Positions 41,529 through 56,300 of a stretch of DNA of 64,000 nucleotides are shown in pieces. The stretch covers positions 5,146,001-5,210,000 of the forward strand of contig NC_089430.1 of the NCBI RefSeq assembly GCF_026210795.1. The letters are read 5' to 3'. The translations under genes and the position numbers were made by a program. Every line of letters starts with the position of its first letter. The first letter of the stretch is position 1. Source of the DNA: Rhizophagus irregularis (Eukaryota). Below the pieces are notes generated by a model. The model made no database searches, was not told the origin of the DNA, and saw only the letters and a list, made by a program, of their open reading frames with translations.

Positions 41529-42398
41529 TTTGAAATTTTTGTTTATGAGTAAAATATTAAAAGTTAAGGCGATTATATATATAATTTCATGAGCACTGAA
41601 AGGTTTGAAAGGTTGAATGCTACTGGAAATTTTCATTCTAATTTTAGCCTTTCGAGTACAATTGAACTCCTTTTGAAGCTTATAATGTATATTTATAGAT
41701 ACTTTCCTTTGAGGGGAAACTTATTCATGGTGACTTTTTTGTGGAATTGTGTAACAATGAAAAAACAATTGTGTCATCGACGACGAATAATATTGTGATG
41801 AATAGATTCTACGCCCGCTCAAATATGAAGTTTAATCACGTGATACTATTAATGATTAGACATCACACCTTGTCCACCGAAAACTAAAAATAGAAAACAT
41901 TTGTCATCACATATTATAATAACGTAATTGTAGAACAACGAATTTACGCTTACTATTAACGTACTGTACAATACGACAAAGAAATCTTTGATCCCATTGC
42001 AAATTATAGAAATTACGTATACCTTCAAAAAAAGTTTCAGGAGGTTTGTTTTTTTTTGGCAAATAGAGTTAGAAAATTCACAAAATACGGAATAATTTTC
42101 ATTGTAATATTCCCTAAATTGATGTTGTCACAAAAGCTTAAATAAAATTACTGAAGTATTCGTTTCACAATGACTGTATCTTATTTTAATTCAAGGTCCT
42201 ATTTTAACTTAAATAAATAATCCTTTATAATACATAATTGAATCATGGTCTAAAATCATTAGTCATAAGGATGATATTTACCTAGATGTACGTGTTGTGC
42301 GAACTGTAGCACGTGAACTTCATTGTTATGTGCACTTCATTAAAAATTTGAATAATTTATTAAACAAGCATTAATTGCAAAATTAATCTCATAACTGC

Positions 42399-42563
42399 GG
42401 GACAATAGAATCACGTGCTAACGGCCTGATTTTTATTGCAGCAAGATTTCATAGGTAATAATTACATCATAATAAACTATTTTGTACAACATAATAAACT
42501 ATTTATACTATACAATCCATTATAAATAACTACATGGGGGGAACAACGTGATTCTATTGTCCC
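42399..42563. mobile_element. MITE-like inverted-repeat element
   Basis: 18-bp perfect TIR gggacaatagaatcacgt. No clear TSD. Confidence 0.6.
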
Positions 42564-44370
42564 TTGTTATTCATTAATTTACGAATGTATTTCGTAAACT
42601 CGTACATTCGATAAATTTATCTGTATAAATATACAGTTTACAAATCACAAAATATTACTCTTTTTAATATAATATTATTAATATTCGTAATTCCTTTATA
42701 AATTTAAGTATATTTTATTACGTAATTTTCATCAATTGGATAATAATATTTTTAGTGTTATTTATTGTATGGAATAGCTGTTATCCGATCGGTTACGATT
42801 ACGAACTGATTGTTTTGACCTGACCGGACCGCGGATTTTTTTTTTAAAAAAAAAATTTTTAATAAATATTTCTGATTAATAGTTTAACGTCCGTTTGATT
42901 ATCAAGCTGAAATGGTTATCCGGCAAAAAAAGAAAAATTAATTTTTTTTTAGTACGTAAAAAATCACTTTGACCGGATAGTTTAATACCCTTAGATTGTT
43001 TAGCTGAAAAGAATTTTTAATAAATATAGTATTTTCCTAGAAAACAACTTTTTTTAAAAAAAATAATAATGTATTTTAAATAACAGCAGATTCATACATA
43101 GAAAAGAGCCAAGATAAGAGTAGCGGGCTAAAAGAAATAATTTATAGTTCAAGTTTTATGATATTTTTACACATTTTTTAAGGAATATAATAAATATATT
43201 TTGATTTTGATAACCGTAACCGTAATCGCTTACTCTAATTTTTTTTAAAAAAATGAATTGGAAAAATTAAATTTCTATTCTTAATTTTGCTTTTTTTTTT
43301 ACTAAAAAATTTTTGGTTATACGCTATTATTTTTTTTTTGCGTGAGTAATTCTTATTTTGAGTGACTAAAAATTTACTTTACAATCACCTATTTTAATTT
43401 CTTGTGCGGAACTGCGAATATTTTATATTTTGAAAATTTTTTTTTTCTACATAAGCCACGTTCTATTTAATAAATGACGATGAAATTTGATATAATAAAA
43501 AAAAAAAATTCAAGCTTAAGAGGTTAATAAAAAGAATAAACGAAAAAATAAAAAAAAGTGATTATTGTGAAAAGTGGCTTAAACATAAATGCGATCCATA
43601 CGAACCAGGCTTTTTCTTCGAATTTTTTTTAAAAAAATGAGAGAAATTTTTTCAAATAAAAAATGAAAATTAAAAATATGCAAATAAACAATAATAACGT
43701 GACTATAACGATTAATAAATTTTACCAAGAATTAAGAGAATAAAATGGAATAACAAAAGCTTTTTATTAATAAAAATTGAATATATTATTTATTCATCTA
43801 TACTAAAAAAAAATAATGAAAAAGAGATCCTAGGCATTAAAATATTTACAACTTGTATCATTTGTAAAAAAGTGTCATAACCCACTCATATACTATTTCA
43901 GAATTTCTGTCTTTTGACGAGGATTTGGTGACGTGAAGTAAAGTATGACAGTGTCAGTGACTTTCTAAAAATGGTAATTATTTATGCATTGAAGTAACAA
44001 ATCACTGTTTGCCAAGAATTCTGTGTAATACAACTTACTGTTACTGCGCTCAGTGCGCTAAAATGCTAAATCAAAAATTTTTCTTAATTTTTTTTTTTTG
44101 TTATGGGAAGAGCTCGAAATTTGTGGAGGACCAGTTCTATCAACGCCGGAGTCGCCGGATGCACAACTCAATCGTATTCAACAAATCCACAATAATGTAC
44201 AATGTAAATCACATGACATGCATAGCACGTGATAATTACATTTTGACTTTCTATTTATATAACCTCAGTTCGAAACAATATTTTTTCCACTTTTTAACTC
44301 GCACAAATTTTTTAGCTTTTTTTTATATCTCTCAATTTGAATTTGTTTATAAATTGTAAAAATCCTGCTC

Positions 44371-47300
44371 ATGGATTCTTTTGGGCTAATTAAGCCATCA
44401 GATGCTAGTGAGATATGTAAAAAATGTAATTGCATATGTTATGCAATACGATTTCAACAAAATTTCAAAAATTGGACTAGTGATAATGATGACATTGATA
44501 AATTTATTCAAAATACTCAGTTATCAGCTCATAAAAATGCGATGGAAGCAATAGAATGGATACCTTATGATAGATTGTATAATATTAAATATATTGCAAA
44601 AGATAAGTTTGGTAAAGTAGTATATAGAGCAAATTGGATTGATGGATATATAAGTTTTTATAATAGTGATGAAGAAAGTTGGGATAATGAAAATCAAAAT
44701 TGGATAAGAAATGAATGCAATATGTTTGTGAATTTGAAGAGTTTAAATACTCCAAACATTCTTACATTAAAATTTTTAAATAAGGTATAAACTTTAGTTA
44801 ATCACCTAACAAAATTATAAATGTTTTATTTTCTAATATATTATTACATTTGTAGATTAAAATTGAACATATATTTTATGGAATAACTCAGAATCCAGAA
44901 ACAAAAAATTATATGATGGTTTTGAATAATAAATGCAAAAAATGTAATTATATATGTAATTCAATTTACTTCCAACAGGAATTTATAGATTGGACTAGTG
45001 GCAATGATGACATTGATAAATTTATTTAAAATACTTATCAGCTCATAATAATGTAAGAGAAGCATTAGAATGGATACCTTATGATAAATTGTATGATATT
45101 AAATATATTGCAAAGATGAGTTTGGTAAAGTATATAGAGCAAATTGGATTGATGGCTATATAAGTTATTATGAAAGTGATGAAAGTTGGGATAATAAAAA
45201 TCAAAATTGGATAAGAAAGGATAAAAATATATATGTAATTCTGAAAAACTTTGATTATTCAAAAAATATTACATCAGAATTTATGAAAGAGGTATAATAA
45301 TTTTTTATTTGGTAATACAATTATAAAATTTTTGATTTTATTATTAACAATATATTTTATTTGTAGATTAACAAAGCTTGTGGAATTACTCAGGATCTAG
45401 AAACAAAAAGTTATATGATGGTTTTGCATCGTAATAAATGTAAAATGTGTAATAAAATATGTAATGCAATTCACTTTCAACAGAAATTTATAGATTGGAC
45501 TAGTGGTAATGATGATATTGATAGATTTATTCAAGATACTCAGCTATCAGCTCATCGTAATATAGAGAAAGCATTAGAATGGGTATCTTATGATAAATTT
45601 TATAATATTAAGTATATTGCTAAAGATAAGTTTAGCGAAGTATATGTAGCAAATTGGATTGATGGATATATACATGGATGGGACACCTATACTCAAGATT
45701 GGGAAAGAAAAAATCAAAACATGATTGTGATTCTAAAAAGTTTAAATAATTCAACGCTTGAGTTTATTGATGAGGTACTTTTTATAATAAATTATTAAAA
45801 GTTATTTGAATTTTTACTAACAGCATTATATTTGTATTTGTAGATTATATTATATCATAAAAATCATAAATTTTATGGAGTAACTCAAGATCCTGAAACT
45901 AAAAGTTATATGGTAGCTTTAACATGTGAAAAATGTGAACATTTATGCAATTCAGTACATTTTTTGGAAAACTTCAAAAATTGGACTAGTGGTAACAGTG
46001 ATATTGACAAATTTATTCAAAATACTCAGTTATCAGCTCACAATAATGCAGAAGAAGCATTAGAATGGATATCTTATGATAAATTTTATAATATTAAGTA
46101 CATTGCAGAAGGTAAGCTTGGGGAAATGTATAGAGCAAATTGGATTGATGGATGTATATATGGATGGGACATCTATACTCAAAGTTGGAAAAGAAAAGAT
46201 CAAAACATGATTGTAATTCTAGAAAATTTAAATAATTCAACACTTGAATGTATTAATAAGGTAATGCATAATGAATAATTAATAAATTTTTAATTTTTAC
46301 TAATGTATTCTTATTTATAGAACACAGTATTTCATAAATATCATAAATTTTGTGGAATAACTCAAGATCCAGAAACAAAAAGTTATATTATGATTTTAAC
46401 ATGTAAAAAATGCAATCATGTATGCAATTCAATACATTTTATATATTTTTGGCAAAATTTCAGAAACTGGACTCAATTTATTCAAAATTCTCAACTATCC
46501 GCTCATGATGATGCAGAGAAAGCATTAGAATGGATATCTTATGATAGATTTGGTGATATTAAGTATATTGCTAAAGATGAGTTTAGCGAAGTATATGTAG
46601 CAAATTGGATTGATGATAATTTGTATGATCATGATCAAAATTGGAAAAAATACGATGTAGTTCTGAAAGATCTAAATAATTCAAAAAATGTTTCATTTGA
46701 TAAGGTATAATAATTTCACTGTTTGATCAGATTTTTATAGAATTTAATTTCTTATAGTCATCAAATTTGTAGATTATAGTATATCATAAATTTTATGGAA
46801 TAACTCAGGATCCAAAAACCAAGAATTATATGGTTGTTTTAGCGTGTGAAGAATGCAATCATGTATGCAATACATTGCACTTTCAGTGGAATTTCATAAA
46901 TTGGACTAGTGGCAATGATGATATTGATGAATTTATTCGGGATACTCAACTATTAGCACATAGTAGCCCTAAAGTATTTGAAAAAGCGTTGGAATGGATA
47001 CCTTACCACAGTTTTTATGATGTTAAACTAATTGATGAAGAAATGTATAAAGCAAATTGGATTGATGGATATATATTTGGATGGGATTATAAAAACAATG
47101 AATGGAAAAGAATAGGCCAAAATATGTTTGTAGTTTTCAAATGCTTAAAATATGTTACATTGGAATTTATAAATGAGGTATAATAATTTAATTTATTATT
47201 TAAAATTTTGTAAAATTTTAATTTTTATTAACTTATTACATTTGTAGGCTAAACTAAATTATGAATTTTATGGAATAACTCAAAATCCAGAAACAAAAGA

Positions 47301-48876
47301 ATTTATGATGGTTTTGAACAATATATGTGAAAAATGTAAAATCACATGTAACATGATACGCTTTCAGCAAAACTTCAAAAATTTAATGGTATTGATAAAT
47401 TTATTCAGGATGCTCAACTATCAGCACATTCAATTTACGAGATAAAAAATGTATTAGAATGGATACCTTATGATAAATTTTCTAATATTGTATATATTGC
47501 AAAAGGTGGGTTTGGCAAAGTGTATAAAGCAAATTGGATTGATGGATACATCAGTGATTGGAATGATAATAATCAAAATTGGAATAGATATAATAAAAGT
47601 ATGCTGGTGGCATTAAAAAGCTTAAATAATTCAGAAAATGTTACATACAAATTTATGAATGAGGTATAACTAATTTGTTTTTTTTAATTCAATAATTTAA
47701 TTTTTAGTACTGTACTAACACTCTTATATTTAGATTACATTACATTATAAAGTAAATTTAAATGGCTATGTTATTAAACTTTATGGAATAACTCAAGAAC
47801 CAGTAACAAATAATTACATGATGGTTTTGGATTATGCAAAGGATGGAAATTTACGAAACTATTTAAATACAAGTTATAATAAATTAAGTTGGAATGATAA
47901 ACTTAATTATTTACATAGCATTGCACATGGACTTAAAGATATTCACGAAAACGAATTAATTCATCAAGATTTACATATTGGTAATATATTGAAAATTAAA
48001 CATAATACTGCTATAACTGATATGGGATTATGCAAACCTGCAGATTACAACACATCAACAAAAAGCACATATGGTGTTTTACCTTATATTGCTCCTGAAT
48101 GTTTAAGAGGACAAAACTATACCAAAGCTGCAGATATTTACAGTTTTGGTATAATTATGTATGAAGTAATTTCTGGATTACCTCCATATCATGATGTAAG
48201 TCATGATAATAGATTAGCAATAAAAATTTGTAAGGGACTTAGACCAAGGTTCAATATTAATGTACCTCAATTAATTGTACATTTAATTAAAAGATGCTTA
48301 GATGCAAATTAATTGAATCGGCCAACAACAGAAGAAATTGAAGAAAGTTTAAAACAATGGTTTATGGAATCATGTGTTAAATTTGGTAATTCTACAGAAA
48401 TACAAAAACAAATTGAGGTAGCAGAAGTAACCAATAATAATTCAATGATTAGTAGCGCATTTTCAACAAAATTAGGAACACTGTATGAAACACATTCAGA
48501 AGCTATTTATACCAGTAGACTACTTAGTTTTAATAATCTTCCTTTTCCAAAAAATTCTGATGATTATTATGAGCAGCAAGATAATATAATTAGTTTAGAA
48601 TCTTCAGGTATTAATTAGGATAAAAAAGTATTTGAATTAATTATATAAAATGATACTAATGGGTTTTTATTTATCAAATAGTATCTTTATCTTTACAAAT
48701 TGATATTTCTCAATTCAACATTAATGAAGATGGTAAATTTTTATTATTATTATAATAATCTTGTTTTTTATTCATACCTAATGCATTTCATCTTTATTTA
48801 TTCATTTATTTTTATTTTGTTTCATTTTTAGATAAATAACAAATCTAAAGCAAAGTCTAGAACAAATTATAAGTAA
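44371..48876 (+). pseudogene. kinase locus with 7 tandem N-lobe modules (gene C), disabled
   Basis: Module exons start at 44371, 44856, ~45367, ~45844, 46321, ~46773, ~47248; C-lobe exon from ~47734. TAA at 45027 plus indels in module 2, a frameshifting deletion of WTSG in module 7, in-frame TAA at 48310-48312, and HQD instead of HRD. Confidence 0.8.
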
Positions 48877-49369
48877 ATTTCTATTTAACATTGTTAGTTT
48901 AGGTAGTTGTATAATTATAGAATTTTTTATTATTCAAAATTTTTTTTGAACCATTATAGTTAAAAGTTCTGTTTAACGTTAGCTTTTTTGTGAAAAGATT
49001 TCAAAATATTGCTTACAAATTTAAAACCCACATTTGACTTAAAAATGAGTTTTTTGTTTACATTAATTAGTTGAATTGCTTCTTTTTAGTAAGACTTTAT
49101 CGGTCAAAATGGAAGAAGTGTAAAAGGAGGAGAGTGAGAATGACACTAAATAGAATTATAAATTGGAATTGTCTATTACTTATTGTCTATTTATTTATAT
49201 TTATTAAATTATTATTAAATAAAAATTTTAATACTAATTTTTGGAGTGTGGTATTTAATCATAATTTAAGATGAAAATAACTAAAGAAGTTGAAACCATT
49301 AATGATTGTATTTAAACATGGAATGATTATATTTTTGGCAATATTTACAATATGATTGAAAAGAATAAA

Positions 49370-50635
49370 TTTTCAGGTACAAGAATTCGTGAATCGATTT
49401 TATTAAAAACACTTTCAATCTATAGATTACTTTCTTTATCATTGTAAAGATTTTTGTTGAAACATCATTAATGGGTTCTTGGTATATCAACTTTTCCGAT
49501 CGATGACCGAAAATCAAAACACCTTAAAGCCTGATCGGGATAACTTTCATGTTTTTCTATCAGAAAACACAATCGTTCTGTTATATAAGACCAGTACTTG
49601 CTCCAGCAGTAGTGTACAGTATATCTTATCTTATAAAACACTCTTAAGAGCATCAGAATATTGGACCTAGGTAAATATAGAGCTTTTAAAAATATCTCAG
49701 ATTCACCTAAAAATAGGAAACCAAAACTTATGTAAGATTTTCATACAAACGTTACGTCATTTATTTGGACTTCTACTTTACATCTTAAGAAAGAACATTC
49801 TGGAAATTAAGTTCCTTCTTATAGACGCCTTGTACTACTAATCTAAATGCATTTATTCTCAAATAAATTCAACACTTACCATACAAATTTATTCATAACA
49901 AAAGCCGGATATGATAGCTGCCGACCAAATCTTAAGAACAAAGGCTCTGGAAGTTTAAAAAACCACCAAAAGAAAGAACGCCGCGTGGTAAAAAGAACAA
50001 GCTCTCTGCAAATGCAGACCGACAACACGCTACATCACAGACCCTTATTAAGGTAGTAGAAACAATTAATGTTCAAGTTTCAGAACGTAGCAACCTCTAT
50101 ATTTCAGAACGGGACCAATAGATTCTCAACAAACCCACCGACTCCTTACGTCGAAGACGTCACCAACATATCACTTCCAACATCAGATGACGATTTGCTG
50201 ACCCATCTACTACTCATTCGACCAAAAAGGTTAGACTCTTACCTTTATACGATATCCACCAACTCCATCGATACACACAACTACTGACTCGTACATGAAA
50301 AGTCCAACAGTTTAACTTCAAGTAAAGCATTCTATACTTGACAGTATTTTACGTGTGGCACATTATAGCGAATGAAAAATATAGATGAATTAACATAACT
50401 TAAGAATTTTGTTTTTTTCATTGTTCACCCTTAATTTTTTCGTCATCTGATTTTAGATTTATAGTTTTCATTAGTTGTACAGTAGTTCATCCCTTTTTTC
50501 TATTAATTGGAGGTGGGTTTGTGAAAAGAATAGATGTTTTTATGATATTTTTACTAAATTAGACATATCAGATTTGTATTAAATTCATTGTAACGACTCT
50601 TCGCTTAGCAATATTAAATAAATAAATAAATAAAA
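49370..50635 (+). mobile_element. degenerate non-LTR-like remnant ending in (TAAA)n
   Basis: C-richer broken ORFs followed by a trailer and taaataaataaataaataaa at about 50615-50634. Layout resembles 12483-14158. Confidence 0.35.
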
Positions 50636-53023
50636 CTATTGTGAATTATCGGAATGGTTAGATCACAATCACAATAATACACGTAAAACTGTAAGAGTAT
50701 ATCGAATGTTTTAATTTCTTTTATGTTGTGTTGTTCATATTATGAAAATACAAAATCACAAAATTTATAATAATTTAAATTAACGTGAAAAAAAAAAAAT
50801 TATTCAAAATTTTCAATAATTTTTGATTTTCTGTAATCTGACGGTATTATTATTACTTTATATTTTATTTCAATGGGAAATAGTTTCATTAAGACAATAG
50901 AGACATATATAATTTTATAATATTATTTTATGCAAAAAATTATGTTTCTCAGTTAATCTTAAAATGGATGAGTAAAAACGTGCCTGGTATCAAATATTTC
51001 TATTTCTGTAAACTTGATTATATGGTTGATAAAATCAAAGCTAGCAAAGCAATATTCACATGATCTGAAGTTGTAAATTTCATTAATGAATATGTCACAT
51101 ACATTAATTAAGAAATAAATTGGAATATAAAATACGGATTAACTTATTTTTTATGGAAATCAATACAACTAATACATGTTTATACACTTTACTAATTAAA
51201 TTTCATACTATGTTTAACGAAGTAAATTTCAGTTTAACAAGACTTTTTCATATATTATAATTTGTATTACGTTCAAGATTCACTATATAAAGTTATTGTT
51301 ATATCAAAATCGTTATAAAAGGGCAGAATATATACCTTCGAATAATGTTATCCTTATTTCAGCAATGAATAATCACAATATCATTCTAGTCAACAAAAAA
51401 TAAATACTGACTACCGAGAGATTAAATTATTTCCAAAGGTAAAATTAATATTTATAGCAAACATATAATTTGTAAAACTAATTTGTCAATATTAATAAAT
51501 TTGATTACATAAATAAATAGCTTGATTGCAAAATGAATCTTCATTTGACTTTTTTTTCAAAATGCAAAATATAATTAACATATTGAACATTTTTTAATAT
51601 GGTCTAACTAAATAAAAACTGGATAAACTAAAATAAACTAAAACAACCCAAAATGATACTGTGACTAATTAATCAAATAAAAAGGTAAGACAATCAATGT
51701 TACAAATTGCCCATAAATTTTTTTCTTTTTTTTTCTTTTTTTTTATGGGAAATACAGTACATTTTATTTGTTTTAAATTTATAAAAATGAAAGATAAGAC
51801 ACACATAAAATTAAAAGTATGAATCACATGATTTATGTGATGATGTGAGTAGTATATGATTTGCTTACTATAAAAAAGAAAAATGTAATCATAACGATAA
51901 TTTCGCAAAAAAAAATGAAAAGTACATCAGAATATCTTTTATATATTGGCAATAAAAAGAATATCTAGTTTTTAAAATAAAGAATACATTTGTAAGATAA
52001 AAAAAAATGAAAATTGCTACAAATCTTGTGTTAGTGTAAGAAGTTATATCTTTTTGTCAAAATAAAAAATAAACCGTCCTTTCGCGCGTTTGGATTTTCA
52101 ATTTTTTGTGATAAAATGACACATGACTTCCAAACATTATTATTTTTTTTTTGTAGAGAAACTTGTTCTTTTGGCAACTGCGATTCGGCGGATAATAATT
52201 TTTTTTTTTTTTGCTTTTAGAATTTTTCGCGGGAATTTTATATTATTATTATATTATTTATCATTATTACAATTATTACTATTTTTTTTTTGATGCGTAA
52301 GGTGAAAAAAAATATTTTTCTTGTATTAAAATTACGTATTAATTGCTATTAAAAATAAAGATATAAAAATAATATTGTACCGATACATGCACCGAAATTA
52401 AAATAAATATTGATTATTTACATGTGTGTTACTTATGATGACGGAAATAGGCTTAGACTTTTTTTACTCTTGAACATTTCTACTGCCGGTTTAGCGTAAA
52501 ATGAGTGACCCAAAAAAGAAATAGGTTTTTTCTCAGGTTTTAATTAAATAAAAATGAAAATGAAAATCATGCAAGTGAATAGTGGCTATCATGTTATTAA
52601 ACAAATTTTACCAAAAATTTAAAAGGATAAAATGGAAAAACAGCAATGACTTTTTCTTAATAAAAATATATTATGTATACATCTGTCCTGAAATAAATAA
52701 TAAAGTGAGATCCTAGATATACAATATGTGTTATTTAAAAAGAGTCATTAAAAATAAAAAAAAAAGTCTTTTGGTCGTAGATCAATATTTAAAATAATGG
52801 TGCAATTTCTATGCTTATTCTTTTTAACACCCAGCCTAATGAAAAAGCCGTTATTTATGCATTAAAGTAACAAATCATCGTTGCCAAGGATTCTGCTGCA
52901 GCTGAAATGCAAAATTAAAAATTTTCTTGATTTTTGTTTGTTGTGAAAGAGCTCAAATTTGTGGAGGATCAGCTCTATACAGCTTTCTTTCATCAATTAC
53001 AATGATATAATGATGTACGTAAT

Positions 53024-53214
53024 AGGACCCCGAGTTATATATATATAGGTCGGGTACCCGGGGGAGATCGGCACACCATGCATTTCTTCAGGGCCGGCAC
53101 TATGTAATGCTGGTCACATTATCCACAAATGGAAACGATCTACATGATTTTTTTTTTTTTTGCTCATTCTAAGATAACCAGGACCTGACCTTTCTATGCA
53201 TAGCTCGGGGTCCT
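53024..53214. mobile_element. MITE with 8-bp TSD in the promoter region of gene D
   Basis: aggaccccgag / ctcggggtcct TIR. Exact TSD tacgtaat at 53016-53023 and 53215-53222. Confidence 0.85.
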
Positions 53215-53383
53215 TACGTAATCACTTGATATAAGTTGTAACATGAAGCATATCACGTGCTTTTTACATATTTGACTTTCTATTTATATGACCTTGGACC
53301 GAAACAATATTTTTCCACTTTTTAACCCACACAATTTTATCTATTAAACTGAATTTATTTTTAGATAATAAAAAGTCTTGCTC

Positions 53384-56300
53384 ATGGATTCTTTTAGGCT
53401 AATTAGGCCATCAGATGCTAACGAGAAATGTTTAAAATGTAATTTTATATGTTACGCAATCCGTTTTCAACGAAACTTCAAAAATTGGACTAGTGGTAAT
53501 AAAGATATTGATAAATTTATTCAAAGTACACAGCTATCAGAGCATACTTATGATGGAGTAAAAAATGCATTAGAATGGATTCCTAGATTTTATGATGTTA
53601 AATATATTGCTAAAAATGAATATAGAGCAATTTGGATTGATGGAAATATAAGTTATTGGGATGATGAAAATCAAAATTGGAAAAGGGGTCATAATGCATT
53701 TGTTAACTTAAAGAGTTTGAATACTGCAAAAAATATATTAGAGTTTACAAATAAGGTATAATATATTTATTTTAATAGTGTTTATTTTAATTTTTTATTC
53801 ATATATTGTTACATTCGTAGAACAAAATAAATCATAAATTATTTGGAATAACTCAGAATCCAGAAACAAAAGATTACTTAATAGTTTTAGATGATATATG
53901 TGCAAAATGTAATCGTACATGTAATTCAATATACTTTCAACGAAATTTCAAAAATTGGACCAGTGGTAATGATGATATTGATAAATTTATTCAAAATACT
54001 CAGTTATCAGAACATGTTTGGCATATTTTCGATTCAGTAAAAGCACTAGAATGGATACCTTATAATAGATTTTATGATATTAAATATATTGCAAAAGATG
54101 ATTTTGGAGAAGTGTATAGAGCAAATTGGATTGATGGAAATATAAGTTATTGGAATAATGAAAATCAAAATTGGAAAAAAGATAATCAAAATATGTTTGT
54201 GAATTTAAATAGTTTAAATAATCCAAACAATCTTACATTAGAACTTGCAAATAAGGTATTGTATATTGATTGTTTAATATAATTTTGAATATTTAAATTT
54301 ATTTATTATTATTGCATTTTATAGATTAAAATGGACCATGAATTTTATGGAATAACTCAGAATCCAGAAACAAAAAATTATATGATGGTTTTGAATGATA
54401 AATGTAAAAAATGTGATTATATATGTGATGCAATTCATTTTCAACATAAATTCATAGATTGGACTAGTGGTGATGATGATATTGATAAGTTCATTCAAGA
54501 TACTCAGTCATCAGTTCATTATTATGCAAATTTAGCATTAGAATGGATACCTTATGATAGATTGTACAATATTAAATATATTACAAAAGATGAGTTTGGT
54601 GAAGTGTATAGAGCAAATTGGATTGATGGATATTTAGCTTACTGGGATTATGAAAATCAAAATTGGAAAAGAGAAGATCATAACATGTTTGTGAATTTGA
54701 AGAGTTTAAATAATCCAGACAATTTTACATTTAATGTTACAAATAAGGTATACTGATAAGTATATTTACTCAACATAATTTATTTTATTTTTTCTAACAT
54801 ATTGTTACTTTGTAGATTAAAATAAAAATAGATCATGAATTTTATGGAATAACTCAAAATCCAGAAACAAAAAATTATATGGTGGTTTTAAGTACTAATA
54901 AATGTAATGCAACTAACTTACAACAGAAATTTATTGACTGGACCAGTGGTAATAATGATATTGATAAATTTATACAAGATACTCACAATAATGTAGAAGA
55001 AGTATTAGAATGGATACCTAATGATAAATTTTATGATATTAAACATATTGCAAAAGATGAATATAGAGCAAATTGGATTGATGATTTTGTAAGTGGAAAA
55101 CTTAATTATAAAAGTTATTTGAATAAAGAAAATAAAAATTGGAAAAGAAAAGGTTATATCTTCCTTGTTAATTTGAAGATATTAAAAAATACAAACAATC
55201 TTACATTAGAATTTGCAAATAAGGTATAGTTAATATAAATAAGTTTAATATTTAACAAAATTTTGATAATTTTATTTTTATAACATAGCATTACATTTGC
55301 AGATTAAAATTGAACACGAATTTTATGGAATAACTCAGGATCCAGTAACAAAAAATTATATGATGGTTTTGAATAATAAATGTAAATGGTGTGATAAAAT
55401 ATGTAATGTGATTCACTTTCAACTGAAATTTATTGATTGGACTAGTGGCAATAACAATATTGATAAGTTTATTCAAGATACCCAACTATTAGCTCATAAT
55501 TATGCAAAGGCAGCATTAGAATGGATACCTTATAATAAGTTTTATAACATTAAATATATTTTAAAAGATGAATTTGGGGAAATATATAGAGCAAACTGGA
55601 TTGATGGATATATAAGTCATTGGGACGATGAAAATCAAAATTGGAAAAGAGAAGATCATAATATGTTTGTGAATTTGAAGAGATTAGATCATCCTCAAAA
55701 AAATCTTAATACATTGGAATTTACAAATAAGGTATACTAAATTACTAATAGGCTTATAAACAAAATTTAAAAAATTTTATTTTTCTAATATGATTTTACA
55801 TTTATAGATTAAAATTGAACATGAATTTTATGGAGTGACTCAGGATCCAGAAACAAAAAATTATATGATGGTTTTGAATAATGAATGTAAAAAGTGCAAT
55901 AAAATATGTAATTCAATTCGTTTTCAACAGAAATTCATAGATTGGACTAGTGGTAATAATAACATTGATAAACTTATTCAAGATACCCAACTATCAGCAC
56001 ATGAAAATGTAGAGAATGCATTAGAATGGATACCTTATGATAGATTATATGATGTTAAATATATTGCAAAAGATGAAGTGTGCAGATCAAATTGGACTGA
56101 TGGGTATATATATAATTGGGATTATGAAAATCTGGATTGGAAAAGAAAAGGTTGTAATATGTTTGTGAATTTGAGGAGTCTAAATACTCCAAAAAACCTT
56201 ACATTGCAATTTACAAAAATGGTATAACAAATTTATTAATTTATTATTATTCAATAATATTTTGAATATATTTTAAATATATTTCTTTTATATTTACATT

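Noticed and set aside
48310..48312. In-frame TAA in gene C as programmed readthrough
   Set aside because: The same locus has other stops and frameshifts, so pseudogenisation is the simpler explanation.
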